DNA of 64,000 nucleotides from a virus. A program made the translations under genes and the position numbers. The notes below the pieces were generated by a model, which searched no databases, had not been told where the DNA came from, and saw nothing but the letters and a program-made list of their open reading frames with translations. The stretch lies in the IMG/VR virus record IMGVR_UViG_3300015371_000011, positions 1 through 64,000 of that record. One strand, given 5' to 3'. This document shows positions 45,154 through 54,234 of this stretch, piece by piece. Position 1 is the first letter of the stretch. Each line of letters opens with the position of its first letter.

Positions 45154-45356
45154 TTGACACGTCATTTTTGGATGACATATATAAATGCTTCAATAACCCG
45201 CCACTGTTAAAGGGTGACTCTCCGAAATACCTTTCGTAAGAAAGGTGCAACCTTCTTAGGTTGCGGCGCTTCGCCGATCTTAATTTCAACGTAAGCATTA
45301 TAAGTTTCTTCTCATGTCTGCCGCCTCATGTTTAGAAGCGGCAGAGTGAAAAGAAA
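45154..45356 (+). other. Hairpin-rich intergenic region with a plus-strand TTGACA promoter candidate (sRNA or origin)
   Basis: ACCTTTC-GTAA-GAAAGGT, GCAACCT-TCTT-AGGTTGC and GGCG-CTT-CGCC abut; long stem 45305-45356. Confidence 0.5.
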
Positions 45357-45363
45357 TTCCCAT

Positions 45364-45903
45364 TTACCCGACAGCTTCCTCTTTCAAACCCACTAGCACG
45401 CGTTTTGCTTTACGCGCTAGATATGCAAAATCGTCGGCAAGCTCCTCCATCCTAGCCCTGTGTTTTACTGAGCGCTCATTATTCGCACAAGCAGTCCATG
45501 CCGCCGAGCTGTTTTGCGATTGCTGTAAAACACGCTGTACGGTTGATACACTACCGTTGCGAGCATTATCACGATTCTCGCTCGTGAGAACATAACTGCC
45601 ATCTTTCTCTGTGGTCACAGCGAAAAACCGATGGCTGTCCTCGGCTCCGGGCCGCCCCGTTTTCACCAACGGGACGGTCCAGCCATACTCCGCGCAATGC
45701 TTCCGCAAGTGGTACAAAGCCTGAACGACACTGGCAACGCTCACGTTCTTGTTCTCATGGCGCACCTTGCGGAGCAATTTGGTTATGTCCACAGTAGTCC
45801 GACACCCGCCATTATCGACAAGCACGTCAAACAAGTCATCAAGAAGAATGTCCACTCTGGGGCGTTTCTTTGATGGCTTCTCGAATGAAATTACCTTACC
45901 CAT
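45364..45903 (-). CDS. Hypothetical protein
   Basis: SD AAGGAGG before MGKVISF. Confidence 0.7.
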   Translation of the reverse strand: MGKVISFEKPSKKRPRVDILLDDLFDVLVDNGGCRTTVDITKLLRKVRHENKNVSVASVVQALYHLRKHCAEYGWTVPLVKTGRPGAEDSHRFFAVTTEKDGSYVLTSENRDNARNGSVSTVQRVLQQSQNSSAAWTACANNERSVKHRARMEELADDFAYLARKAKRVLVGLKEEAVG

Positions 45904-45922
45904 GATTTTTTTCCCTCCTTCC

Positions 45923-46747
45923 TTATCGCACAACCGACAAGCGGTCGCGTTTCTTGGTTCCACCGGCTATCTCGATTGCTTCGTGAACCGCGTTGGAAAC
46001 CTCCAGTAAATCCTCTGTCACGGAATCTAACGTCTTTTCGGACATTAGATGGCGGTGCGTCTTTAACTCCTTAAGACACTTCTGCATTTGAGAATTTGCA
46101 TCAGCGGCATAGGCGGCTACTTGGAGACCGACAACCAACGAATCCGCCTCATCATCATTCGGGACTTCTCGCTTCTTTGGCGGCACTCGTTTTATGACTG
46201 CTTCAGCCTCTGTTCTTTGTTCGCGGGCTTCTTCGAGCGCCTTTTCCGCCGCCTTGCGCGAGCGTTCATCTTCGGCATCCTTGAGCCTCATCTTGGCTTC
46301 GCGTTCCTTTGCAGCGGCTTTCTCCATATCAACGCGAGCACGCGCTTGTGCTTTTTCACGCTCGATTTCCTGTTCGCGTCGGAATTGACTCATAAAGTCT
46401 TCGGCCCAAATCTGCGAGAACGATTTGCCTTTAGCTGCCTTCAGCATCGTGGCAAGCATTTCTGGAGTACGAGCTACTTTATGGACGCCCCACGCTACGG
46501 ACTTGCCCCGCGTTCGCGGGGGAAAATTGTAAGCAATTTTACGCAGTTCCGCTAAGTGACCTGTTGAATACTCCTGCCCATTCTCAAACAAATATTCAGC
46601 CGCCCGTTCAATTTCCGCGTAACTCCCGTCTTTAACTTCCGATGGGTCTCCGACTTCGGCAAGCAACGCATCGCCGATTTCCCACTGTGACCCGTCCCGC
46701 CTTTGCGCTGCCGCAAGTGTACGGGGAAACGTCTTTCTTGTAGTCAT
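45923..46747 (-). CDS. Hypothetical coiled-coil protein
   Basis: SD AGGAGG; QWEIGDALL. Confidence 0.7.
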   Translation of the reverse strand: MTTRKTFPRTLAAAQRRDGSQWEIGDALLAEVGDPSEVKDGSYAEIERAAEYLFENGQEYSTGHLAELRKIAYNFPPRTRGKSVAWGVHKVARTPEMLATMLKAAKGKSFSQIWAEDFMSQFRREQEIEREKAQARARVDMEKAAAKEREAKMRLKDAEDERSRKAAEKALEEAREQRTEAEAVIKRVPPKKREVPNDDEADSLVVGLQVAAYAADANSQMQKCLKELKTHRHLMSEKTLDSVTEDLLEVSNAVHEAIEIAGGTKKRDRLSVVR

Positions 46748-46782
46748 TGCAATCCTCCTATAATTGAATTTAAGGTCCGGCT

Positions 46783-47004
46783 TCATTCCGGGTTAGGCTT
46801 TGACGTCAAATGCCACCATCCACAATTCGGACACTGATAAACTTGTTGCTCACGCCGATAGAAATTCCCTAATTCCCGACCTTTCATTGCCTCTCGAAGT
46901 CTGTCTCGTGCCGCACGCTGGGAAAACTTGACTTTGCGGCATGGCTCATTTCTAACCGTCAATCCGTCGGGAAATCTCAGTGGGTTGAAAATCATTGGTT
47001 CCAT
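46783..47004 (-). CDS. Zn-ribbon protein
   Basis: VYQCPNCGWWHLTS. Confidence 0.7.
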   Translation of the reverse strand: MEPMIFNPLRFPDGLTVRNEPCRKVKFSQRAARDRLREAMKGRELGNFYRREQQVYQCPNCGWWHLTSKPNPE

Positions 47005-47041
47005 ATCTGTAACCTAGTGCTGCCACGTAAAACAAATTTTT

Positions 47042-47212
47042 TTAGGCTCCGTCCGTTATGTGCTCCACCGCCAGCGCTATAGCTTTCGGTATCTTCTTGG
47101 CCCCTGTCTCGTAGCGGGTCATCGTTACGCGGTGGACCCCTAGCCGTTTAGCCAATTCGCCCTGGGTCATTCCTGCCCGTTCCCGCCTGCGCTTCAATTC
47201 TTCCTTTGTCAT
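47042..47212 (-). CDS. XRE/Cro-like HTH regulator (56 aa)
   Basis: RRERAGMTQGELAKRLGVHRVTMTRYETG. Confidence 0.85.
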   Translation of the reverse strand: MTKEELKRRRERAGMTQGELAKRLGVHRVTMTRYETGAKKIPKAIALAVEHITDGA

Positions 47213-47220
47213 ACGCGCCT

Positions 47221-47249
47221 AATGTAGTAATCGGCTACTACCGTGTCAA
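47221..47249 (-). promoter_or_regulatory. Sigma70 promoter with palindromic operator, near-leaderless
   Basis: TTGACA-17-TACATT; GTAGTA-gccgat-TACTAC; ATG 8 nt after the -10. Confidence 0.7.
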
Positions 47250-47578
47250 GTCCTAACTATTAGCTGATACTCAAACAGCCCATTTTCACGCTCACCACGA
47301 GCGCGGCGCTGCACTTCGTAGCCGCCAAACTTCTCCTTGCGCAAATCGCGTAGCCGCGCCGATATGCTCGCCTGCGGGTCGCCCGTGGCGGCCTCAATCT
47401 CGGCCAGTGTGCGCCAGCGGCCATCGGACATGGCGGTAAACACGCGCAGGCATTGGCCGGTGAGCCGCGCCTTGTCGTGTGCGCGCTCGTAGGTGGCGCC
47501 GTCGAAGTCGGGCTTACGCTGCTCTAGGTGCGCGGCGAAATCGAAATAGAGGTCTTGCTCTGGTCTATTCATTGCCAT
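47246..47578 (-). CDS. Winged-helix protein
   Basis: WRTLAEI..ASISARLRDLRK. Confidence 0.75.
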   Translation of the reverse strand: MAMNRPEQDLYFDFAAHLEQRKPDFDGATYERAHDKARLTGQCLRVFTAMSDGRWRTLAEIEAATGDPQASISARLRDLRKEKFGGYEVQRRARGERENGLFEYQLIVRT

Positions 47579-48261
47579 ATTCCAGCCCTTTCAAGCTGTT
47601 TTTTATACTTGGCCATTGGTTTTTCCATAATCCACAGAAACGAATGATTCTTGCGGGCATGAAACTGTGTTTTCCACCGCTTGTGGCTTGTCTGCGATGA
47701 CGGCACGAGAATGAATAAATCCCGCGCAAATAAACCCTGAGACAATGCCGCATCGTAAATCTCGATATGTGACCACCGCTGCACACCGCTCTCCACTTCG
47801 TCTTTGCATTTGATCCACAACTGCCCGCCCTCTGGCTTTAGCACTCGGCCTGCCTCTTTCATTCCTAGTTTGTACAACTCAATAATGTCTCGGTGATACA
47901 TGCCCTTAATGGTGCGCGATAGACGGTAACGATTGTCGGTGACATGCTCGCCAGGATTGTGCGTATATGGTGGATCAAATACGACAATATCCATGCACTC
48001 GTCTTTGTAAGGCAATGCGCAAAAGTCGGCTTTAACCATCATACCGTGCTTGGGAGAAAAGAAATCGGCATTTTTATCAGGCGGTATCGTATGCAGGTCG
48101 GTCATAAATAAGTTGATATGACTACAGTTAATCTTTCGCCAGAAAACACCCAAGCCATAAGTCATATCCAGCACGTTGCTGTCTTTCGGTAGGTATAATC
48201 TTGCGACGGCTGCCAAAAGGTCGGCATTATTGCCAGCATGAGTTGTAACAACAGCCGTCAT
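47569..48261 (-). CDS. DNA methyltransferase-like protein
   Basis: LDMTYGLGVFW..VFDPPY..RVLKP. Confidence 0.8.
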   Translation of the reverse strand: MTAVVTTHAGNNADLLAAVARLYLPKDSNVLDMTYGLGVFWRKINCSHINLFMTDLHTIPPDKNADFFSPKHGMMVKADFCALPYKDECMDIVVFDPPYTHNPGEHVTDNRYRLSRTIKGMYHRDIIELYKLGMKEAGRVLKPEGGQLWIKCKDEVESGVQRWSHIEIYDAALSQGLFARDLFILVPSSQTSHKRWKTQFHARKNHSFLWIMEKPMAKYKKQLERAGIWQ

Positions 48262-48767
48262 TGCATCGCTGCTAGCGAGTACGGCATATGACGTGCCGTT
48301 CCTTTTAGGTATTTGACTAATCCATTTGCTAAAACATTCATGGTGTCAGGTACTGAGGGTGAGGCAAAAAAATCAAAGGCCGATTGCTTGTGGATCAATG
48401 CCAAAAATCTATTGATAGTTGCCGCACTGGCGTCATCTTTTTCTTGTCTCGTAAACTCAATCCATAGGCACGATGGAAACCATTGTTTAAAAATTCTCGC
48501 ATCACGATCATCTACTTTCCAGCGTTCCCGTAATGACCGTTTGCTGCCTCCACAAACAACCATCAATCCATCATTTCTGCGAATAACGTGGTCCGGCTTT
48601 ATAGACACGGTGCCACTGCAAAACTTTTGCGCATTTTCAATATGAAACATATTGTCTAATGAATGGCGTTCTAAACAAGTCACTAACCATAAATGCATAT
48701 CTTTTTGAAATCTGGTGCCACCTTTACTTTTATCACTTTGTCCCTCTCTGTTAGTTCTAGGCGGCAT
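48258..48767 (-). CDS. Putative type II restriction endonuclease (PD-(D/E)XK)
   Basis: IKPDHVI..SKRSLRERWK; sits between two MTases. Confidence 0.6.
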   Translation of the reverse strand: MPPRTNREGQSDKSKGGTRFQKDMHLWLVTCLERHSLDNMFHIENAQKFCSGTVSIKPDHVIRRNDGLMVVCGGSKRSLRERWKVDDRDARIFKQWFPSCLWIEFTRQEKDDASAATINRFLALIHKQSAFDFFASPSVPDTMNVLANGLVKYLKGTARHMPYSLAAMQ

Positions 48768-49515
48768 CTTGCTCTAATCCTTTTTCTAATCCCATACGCC
48801 AGTATTTTTTCTGAATCTCTGCTCCAACAAATTGTCGGTCTAGTTCTCGCGCTGCTATGCCCGCTGTTCCACTACCAGCATAAGGGTCACATACTAATTC
48901 GCCCGGTTTGGACCATGCCAAAATAACTCCTTTAGCCAGCTCAATCGGGAATGGGCAAGCATGGCCATTGCCTCTATGCCGAGTAATGGCCCAAACATCT
49001 GAGCGATAAGGCAATGCCTTTGTATTCTGAAAGCGATATTTGCCATCGGTACGGCGAAACACATAAAGGCGCTCGGTATGTGGCCAGATAACCCTGTCGC
49101 CGTGGTTATGAGTTGACTTGCGGTCCCAGATAATTTCTTCCATTAGGGTCAAGCGGCTTCGCACTTCGGGCCGTAAAAACCATTCTGCCGGATGAATCAT
49201 CGCTCCATTACGACGGCGTGGTTTATGGTTGTAAACAACCGTGCCGTTTACAGTCAAATGATCGGCGGCCCAAACCAGAAATTTTGCCTGCTGGTCCTGA
49301 TATTCGGTTTCGGGCAAGCTGTCTGGATAGTCACGGATGGCACCATAGGATTTAGGGTCGTATGTACCTAGCCGACGATTACGAAGGCCAGTCTTTGCGG
49401 GTGATTCGCTACCAATATTGTATGGCGGTGATGTGAAAATTAAATCCGCCTTTACCGAATTCAACACATCGGCATAATTACCGTGATGTATAATTATTTT
49501 TCTGTTCTCGTTCAT
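48757..49515 (-). CDS. DNA methyltransferase (N4-mC-like, beta class)
   Basis: FTSPPYN..HACPFP..DPYAGSGT. Confidence 0.9.
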   Translation of the reverse strand: MNENRKIIIHHGNYADVLNSVKADLIFTSPPYNIGSESPAKTGLRNRRLGTYDPKSYGAIRDYPDSLPETEYQDQQAKFLVWAADHLTVNGTVVYNHKPRRRNGAMIHPAEWFLRPEVRSRLTLMEEIIWDRKSTHNHGDRVIWPHTERLYVFRRTDGKYRFQNTKALPYRSDVWAITRHRGNGHACPFPIELAKGVILAWSKPGELVCDPYAGSGTAGIAARELDRQFVGAEIQKKYWRMGLEKGLEQDAA

Positions 49516-49667
49516 TTCGCCCCTCTAATCCCCCACACAGCCCGCTCCAGCTCCAGCTTGAGCGACGCGTTATCAAGCATGCTCAAGTCCTTTGTCACGC
49601 CGTAAATGCGTAGCAGGCGCACAATCATCTCGCGCATTGCCTGCTGGTGCGCGTAATCAATCTTCAT
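49512..49667 (-). CDS. Hypothetical protein (51 aa)
   Basis: ATGA-coupled at both ends. Confidence 0.55.
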   Translation of the reverse strand: MKIDYAHQQAMREMIVRLLRIYGVTKDLSMLDNASLKLELERAVWGIRGAK

Positions 49668-49909
49668 GGCTCCACGTCGTTACTAAGCCTGACAATCTCA
49701 GCCTTGAGCCTGTTTATTTCCAATGCCGCCTGTAGTGCCAGTTCGTCTCTCTCGGCCTGACAGAGTTCGCTGTGACGCGCCTGGGCCTCCCGCAGCGCGG
49801 CGGCAATACGCTCGGTTAAAGCATGATGGTAACTGCTACCGATCAGGCTCAATGGCAAACAAAGCGCCACAATCTCCTCGGCTTGATTCTCCGCATCGTC
49901 ATCGCTCAT
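49664..49909 (-). CDS. Hypothetical protein, paralog of 49906..50172
   Basis: MSDDDAE..IAAALRE. Confidence 0.6.
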   Translation of the reverse strand: MSDDDAENQAEEIVALCLPLSLIGSSYHHALTERIAAALREAQARHSELCQAERDELALQAALEINRLKAEIVRLSNDVEP

Positions 49910-50172
49910 TTCTTCCCCTCGGCTTGGGCGACTATGGCCTCTACACGCTTTTGAAAATGTTTAGCAACGCAATCATCCTCAGTGCAATCCCTATGGTCCG
50001 GTAAAAAAAACAACGCTTCTCGAAGCACCGTGGTGAGTTCCCGCAGCGCGGCGGCAATGGCGTTGACGCTCGCCTCATAGTCGGCCTTACACTCAGGCCT
50101 CCAATCGGGCATCGAGCAGTAACGGCAATGATCGGCCAACTCACGCGCCTTTTTTTCCGCATCATCGCTCAT
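49906..50172 (-). CDS. Hypothetical protein
   Basis: MSDDAE..IAAALRE. Confidence 0.6.
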   Translation of the reverse strand: MSDDAEKKARELADHCRYCSMPDWRPECKADYEASVNAIAAALRELTTVLREALFFLPDHRDCTEDDCVAKHFQKRVEAIVAQAEGKK

Positions 50173-50378
50173 AATCCCGCCTTGGCCGGCGTATCGGCCA
50201 GCTCCGCGTCCACGGCGGCATCCACTTCGTCAATAATGCGCATGGCATGGGCAATAGCAGCTGCATCGCTCCAAACTGGGGTGCCACCTATAAGTGCTGC
50301 CGCCAGCTGCGCTACTTTGGTCTTGTACGCCGCGATGTCAGGTGAGTCGGTTTTGAGTTTTTTCATGTCATTAACCAC
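50169..50378 (-). CDS. Hypothetical protein
   Basis: Coupled ORF. Confidence 0.55.
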   Translation of the reverse strand: MVNDMKKLKTDSPDIAAYKTKVAQLAAALIGGTPVWSDAAAIAHAMRIIDEVDAAVDAELADTPAKAGL

Positions 50379-50430
50379 AATACCGTCATAAAAAAACCCA
50401 CGCCGAGCGCAAAACTGAGCACTATATTTC

Positions 50431-51126
50431 TCACGGCACCCTCCCGTCGTGCATCAGCTCGCCGCTAGGTAGCCAATGGCCCGTGTCGTCGCTGAAATAC
50501 CAACCATCCACAAATTTTCTCTCCGTCAATTCTGGGTCGTTATAATAACCCTCGGCCATATAAGGCGACTTGACAACGATCTGTTTAGCTACGAGCGATA
50601 CCTCAACACCCGCAACCGGCTGACCCACCGGCAAGCGACCCTCTCCTATCGGCTGATCGCCTGTCACGATCTTGCGGCAAATTATATTCGCTTCACTGCA
50701 CGCATAGCGATTAACGAACACCGCATTGGGGCACACACGCCGGCCTAGCTCCACGTCGCCCCAGTCAACCATCTCACCGCCCACTTCCAAGACCTCGACG
50801 CTAGGGTATTGGTAAATGCCCTGCGCCACCCACCTAAACGTCGTAGCCAATAGACTCAAATGCGTGATCTGCTCCTGATTGATCCATGTGCGGAGACTTA
50901 TTGTCTCGTGCCCCGGATAGATCGCCAGACGCGCACCCGACGCACGTGCCCAATACAGTTTTCTAAACCCGCCCATGCTCCAGCGATCGATGTTGATGAT
51001 TGATTTGTGGTTGATATTGAGGTCGGCGGCGTCCACCTTGCCCATTTCGATGAACGCCGCCTCACTGCATAGGACACGCTTCGGTTTCCCGGTCGTGCCC
51101 GAAGTCTCGAAGATAAAGTCAATCAT
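50431..51126 (-). CDS. Truncated AMP-binding (ANL-superfamily adenylation) enzyme
   Basis: TSGTTGKPK, GGE, YACSE, VGQP, GYYNDPELT..W..DDTG. Confidence 0.82.
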   Translation of the reverse strand: MIDFIFETSGTTGKPKRVLCSEAAFIEMGKVDAADLNINHKSIINIDRWSMGGFRKLYWARASGARLAIYPGHETISLRTWINQEQITHLSLLATTFRWVAQGIYQYPSVEVLEVGGEMVDWGDVELGRRVCPNAVFVNRYACSEANIICRKIVTGDQPIGEGRLPVGQPVAGVEVSLVAKQIVVKSPYMAEGYYNDPELTERKFVDGWYFSDDTGHWLPSGELMHDGRVP

Positions 51127-51458
51127 CTCATTAACGGATCGTCGGTGCCGGCCACGCCCACCTTGAATTTATCGTAAGCGGGATTCTGCAATATCCGCTT
51201 ATCCACAGCATCATTGACGGCCACCTTTGCCTTAGCCGCGTCCTCCGACGTACCGCTGGCAAGCGCCCTAGCCGCAATGCCACGGATCTCGCTCCATGTT
51301 AGCGCGAACGCCTCCTGCTCCTGCGCCGTGCCCTCAAGCCGCAGATTGTGGCTAATCATAGTTGCCTGTGCGAGCTTGACGGCCTGCAAGATCGCAAACA
51401 GATAATCGTTGGCCGCAGCAATCTCCTGACTCGGCGGTGGACTCGCTATATAACCCAT
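51123..51458 (-). CDS. Hypothetical protein
   Basis: SD AAGGAGG. Confidence 0.65.
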   Translation of the reverse strand: MGYIASPPPSQEIAAANDYLFAILQAVKLAQATMISHNLRLEGTAQEQEAFALTWSEIRGIAARALASGTSEDAAKAKVAVNDAVDKRILQNPAYDKFKVGVAGTDDPLMR

Positions 51459-51488
51459 CGGATACCTCCTTGTTAATGGTTGATAATT

Positions 51489-51520
51489 TGGCGGGTCGGG
51501 TGTTGACGCACTCGGCCCGT
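51489..51520. other. 13-bp GC-rich hairpin (terminator-like)
   Basis: GGCGGGTCGGGTG-ttgacg-CACTCGGCCCGTC; three G-U pairs form only on the plus strand. Confidence 0.5.
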
Positions 51521-51524
51521 CGGC

Positions 51525-52274
51525 TTATTTAGCTAGCTTCAATTCCTTTAACCGCTTGTATGCCTCAAACGCACCGAGAAACCCACTAAAATCCTTATCC
51601 AAGTCGCCAAACTCTTGCGGCTCAAATACTCCGTCATCCTTACCAAGCCGCACAATCCAACGCGTATATTGCAAACCGCTTTCTTCGCGCCTAGCCGCTT
51701 CGTATGCGGCCGTCTGAAACCGCATCTCAGGATATATAGCGTTACCTGTCTTGAAGTCGATAATAGCCAGTTTGCCGTCAACCAAACCCTCGGCGTCCAG
51801 CGTGCCTGCGTACCGATACCGCCTTGAATAAATCTTGCGCTCCGATTCGGTAAACTTGACGTCATGCTCTTTAACCCAATTCAGAAAGGCGTCGGTGCCA
51901 TTACGCATCTTTTTATTCACAGGCGGCGGCGGATTCTTGCCCTTGATATGATCTTCACACCAAGCATGGATAAGTGTACCAATGTCAGCTGCTGCGTCTC
52001 GTTTAATGTTGTGTGCGCGTTTAGCCTGTGCGAGCAAATCTTTAAGCTGGATTTCATCAAGAGCTACACCAGGCTTTAACTGCTCAGTCATAAACGCCAC
52101 GCACATATTAACGCCCCATTGCAGAAGCGCGGGCTTATTGAGTACGCCGAGTATGCCCGTGCAGCCGTCCACCTGCCCTAGCGATTCACGCCGACTGTCA
52201 TAGACGAAATACTGGTGCTTTGTCGGGTTAAACTGTAATTCAATCTCGCCGTTATAAAGCAGATAGGTTTCCAT
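51525..52274 (-). CDS. PD-(D/E)XK exonuclease (phage recombination, Cas4-like)
   Basis: GTLIHAW..YAGTLD..IIDFKTG..QTAAY. Confidence 0.85.
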   Translation of the reverse strand: METYLLYNGEIELQFNPTKHQYFVYDSRRESLGQVDGCTGILGVLNKPALLQWGVNMCVAFMTEQLKPGVALDEIQLKDLLAQAKRAHNIKRDAAADIGTLIHAWCEDHIKGKNPPPPVNKKMRNGTDAFLNWVKEHDVKFTESERKIYSRRYRYAGTLDAEGLVDGKLAIIDFKTGNAIYPEMRFQTAAYEAARREESGLQYTRWIVRLGKDDGVFEPQEFGDLDKDFSGFLGAFEAYKRLKELKLAK

Positions 52275-52711
52275 CAGAATGGGATTTTTAAATCTTCAAT
52301 TAGAATCTTGGAGTCCTTACCAAATACCGCAATCATCGCGGTATTAACCAAGGCCGCCCGTGCACGGCTACGGTCAATGGCAACAATATTATGCTCCACG
52401 TCTGCAACCGTATCAGGCTCCAACTCCTCAGCCACCTTGTGAGCCATCTTCATATAACTCTCATAAATCGACCAGTTGATAATCAGCTTTGGATCTTCGT
52501 CTAATCCATTGCCTTTATTGTCTGGCTGAGTCTCTAGCAATCGTGCATCGTACCAGCCTTGATACTTGGATGGCTTAATCTCCACTTTTTTATTTGCATA
52601 CTCAGGATGGTGCTCAAAAATGTTATGCCAGACGCCATTGGCGTATAAGCCAGTTTTAGGTTTCCCGTTTTTGGTTTCCCCGACATTGACTCTCTCGACA
52701 AAGATTTCCAT
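52274..52711 (-). CDS. Putative ssDNA-binding protein
   Basis: Next to the exonuclease; C-terminal IPF. Confidence 0.55.
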   Translation of the reverse strand: MEIFVERVNVGETKNGKPKTGLYANGVWHNIFEHHPEYANKKVEIKPSKYQGWYDARLLETQPDNKGNGLDEDPKLIINWSIYESYMKMAHKVAEELEPDTVADVEHNIVAIDRSRARAALVNTAMIAVFGKDSKILIEDLKIPF

Positions 52712-52720
52712 TTTTCCCCC

Positions 52721-53068
52721 TTAGTCCAATAATCGCTTAACACGGTCAATCGCACGCTCAAGCCATTTGCGATAAAAAGATTCGAAGTCCTCTGGCTCGC
52801 CCTGTTGCTTCCACCAGACATAGAGCGTTGCGCGCAGTCGCTGCGATGGTGTTTTCTGCTCGTCGGTAGGCGCATCTTCTTCTGGTACGTCGCTTTGCTT
52901 GAATTGGTTTTCAGAAAATAAAATCCATCCAAATTTCTGATGAAAACCCATTGCGGTGACTTTCTCCTCGGTCGTTAATTCATTGGTGTGAAAGTTGAGC
53001 CGCAATCCACCGTCGGCGGTACTGCCCACGCTAGTCAATGTAGCTGGCGCTTGAAAAACTTTTGTCAT
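52721..53068 (-). CDS. Conserved phage protein
   Basis: KTPSQRLRATLYVWW..FESFY. Confidence 0.7.
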   Translation of the reverse strand: MTKVFQAPATLTSVGSTADGGLRLNFHTNELTTEEKVTAMGFHQKFGWILFSENQFKQSDVPEEDAPTDEQKTPSQRLRATLYVWWKQQGEPEDFESFYRKWLERAIDRVKRLLD

Positions 53069-53262
53069 TACCTACCGCAATCGCTACAACGCTCTAAATC
53101 ACCGATACGCTCAAACCTGTCGCTCCCGCATTCAGGACACAATTGCCCCGCACAATACACGCAGTCATCCCCACAATCGCCGTCCTTGTGCCGCTGTATC
53201 TCGGCGTCAAGGCGCTTCTCGTTTTCATCGGCAAACTGAGACCAATAATCGTCTCTACTCAT
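53068..53262 (-). CDS. Zn-ribbon protein
   Basis: CPECGS..CSDCG. Confidence 0.6.
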   Translation of the reverse strand: MSRDDYWSQFADENEKRLDAEIQRHKDGDCGDDCVYCAGQLCPECGSDRFERIGDLERCSDCGR

Positions 53263-53273
53263 AATTGTCCCCT

Positions 53274-53480
53274 TCAAAACAACTGTGTGTGACAAAACGG
53301 GCATTTTTTATGACGTATGCTGACACTCTCATTGAACGCCGTGTGACACTTGACGCATGACAATTTCAGCCATCCTTCAACTTTGTCATATTGTCCTAAA
53401 TTTGGTGGTTCTATGCGCTCACGTTTTTCTGCGTCTTTAATTCTTCTGTAGTCATCTTTTATATAAAGGTATCTGGGCAT
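53274..53480 (-). CDS. Zn-ribbon protein
   Basis: CVKC..CPFC. Confidence 0.55.
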   Translation of the reverse strand: MPRYLYIKDDYRRIKDAEKRERIEPPNLGQYDKVEGWLKLSCVKCHTAFNESVSIRHKKCPFCHTQLF

Positions 53481-53487
53481 GACTTTT

Positions 53488-53745
53488 TTATTGCAGCACC
53501 AAGGTTGTCGGCCCCAAAAACACATCGGCCACAACACTACCAAAGTTAGGCGAGCGGCGATCAATCTCCTCGATAAAATGCGCCGCGCCTTTGGGATACT
53601 TTTCGCGGCACTCGTAGCAGTAGCAGGCTATCTTCCAGCATGTGAGCAAGTCGCGCTCCTCGTGGCCGTTACCGATGCCATGCTCGTCACTGTAGCGGGC
53701 ATTGGTTAACTTGACGTAGAATTCTAAAAGGCTGATTGATTTCAT
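53488..53745 (-). CDS. Hypothetical protein
   Basis: Coupled ORF. Confidence 0.55.
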   Translation of the reverse strand: MKSISLLEFYVKLTNARYSDEHGIGNGHEERDLLTCWKIACYCYECREKYPKGAAHFIEEIDRRSPNFGSVVADVFLGPTTLVLQ

Positions 53746-53885
53746 TTGCCTTCACCTCTTAGCCAATCTTCGATGGCGTCCTGAATCACCTGCGCCAACT
53801 CGTCAATCGCGGTTTCGGGTATCGGGTCGTAATGGTCGTCCAGAAACTCTATCGCTAAGTCGCGGCATTTGCGGTCGTAGCTCAT
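53742..53885 (-). CDS. Small acidic protein
   Basis: SD GGAGG; DELAQVIQDAIEDWL. Confidence 0.65.
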   Translation of the reverse strand: MSYDRKCRDLAIEFLDDHYDPIPETAIDELAQVIQDAIEDWLRGEGK

Positions 53886-53988
53886 TTCGCCCTCCGTATC
53901 TCCAATAGGATTTTGGATTTGCGTGGCCACTCGGCCCACAGTTTTTTCATCGGGAATAGCCAGGAGAGTATGCGCTGGATGATTTTCA

Positions 53989-54234
53989 TCACTTCACTTC
54001 CATCCTGACGTAACCCTTGCTCTCCATGCATTGGTGCTCAATCATGTCCGACGCTATCGACGCACTGATGCTGCCGACGTTGCGGCTAGCCTGCTGAAAG
54101 TGATTATCGGCGTCACGCTTACACTCGTAAATATCTTTGGCATAAGTGCCTTGAGCGCCCTGTGTCTTGACGTATTGGTACGTAGAGCATCCTGAAAGCA
54201 GGATGGCGAGAATTATGGCGTGTGTGGTTTTCAT
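53989..54234 (-). CDS. Small lipoprotein
   Basis: Lipobox LLSGC; DIYEC..QCMESKGY. Confidence 0.75.
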   Translation of the reverse strand: MKTTHAIILAILLSGCSTYQYVKTQGAQGTYAKDIYECKRDADNHFQQASRNVGSISASIASDMIEHQCMESKGYVRMEVK

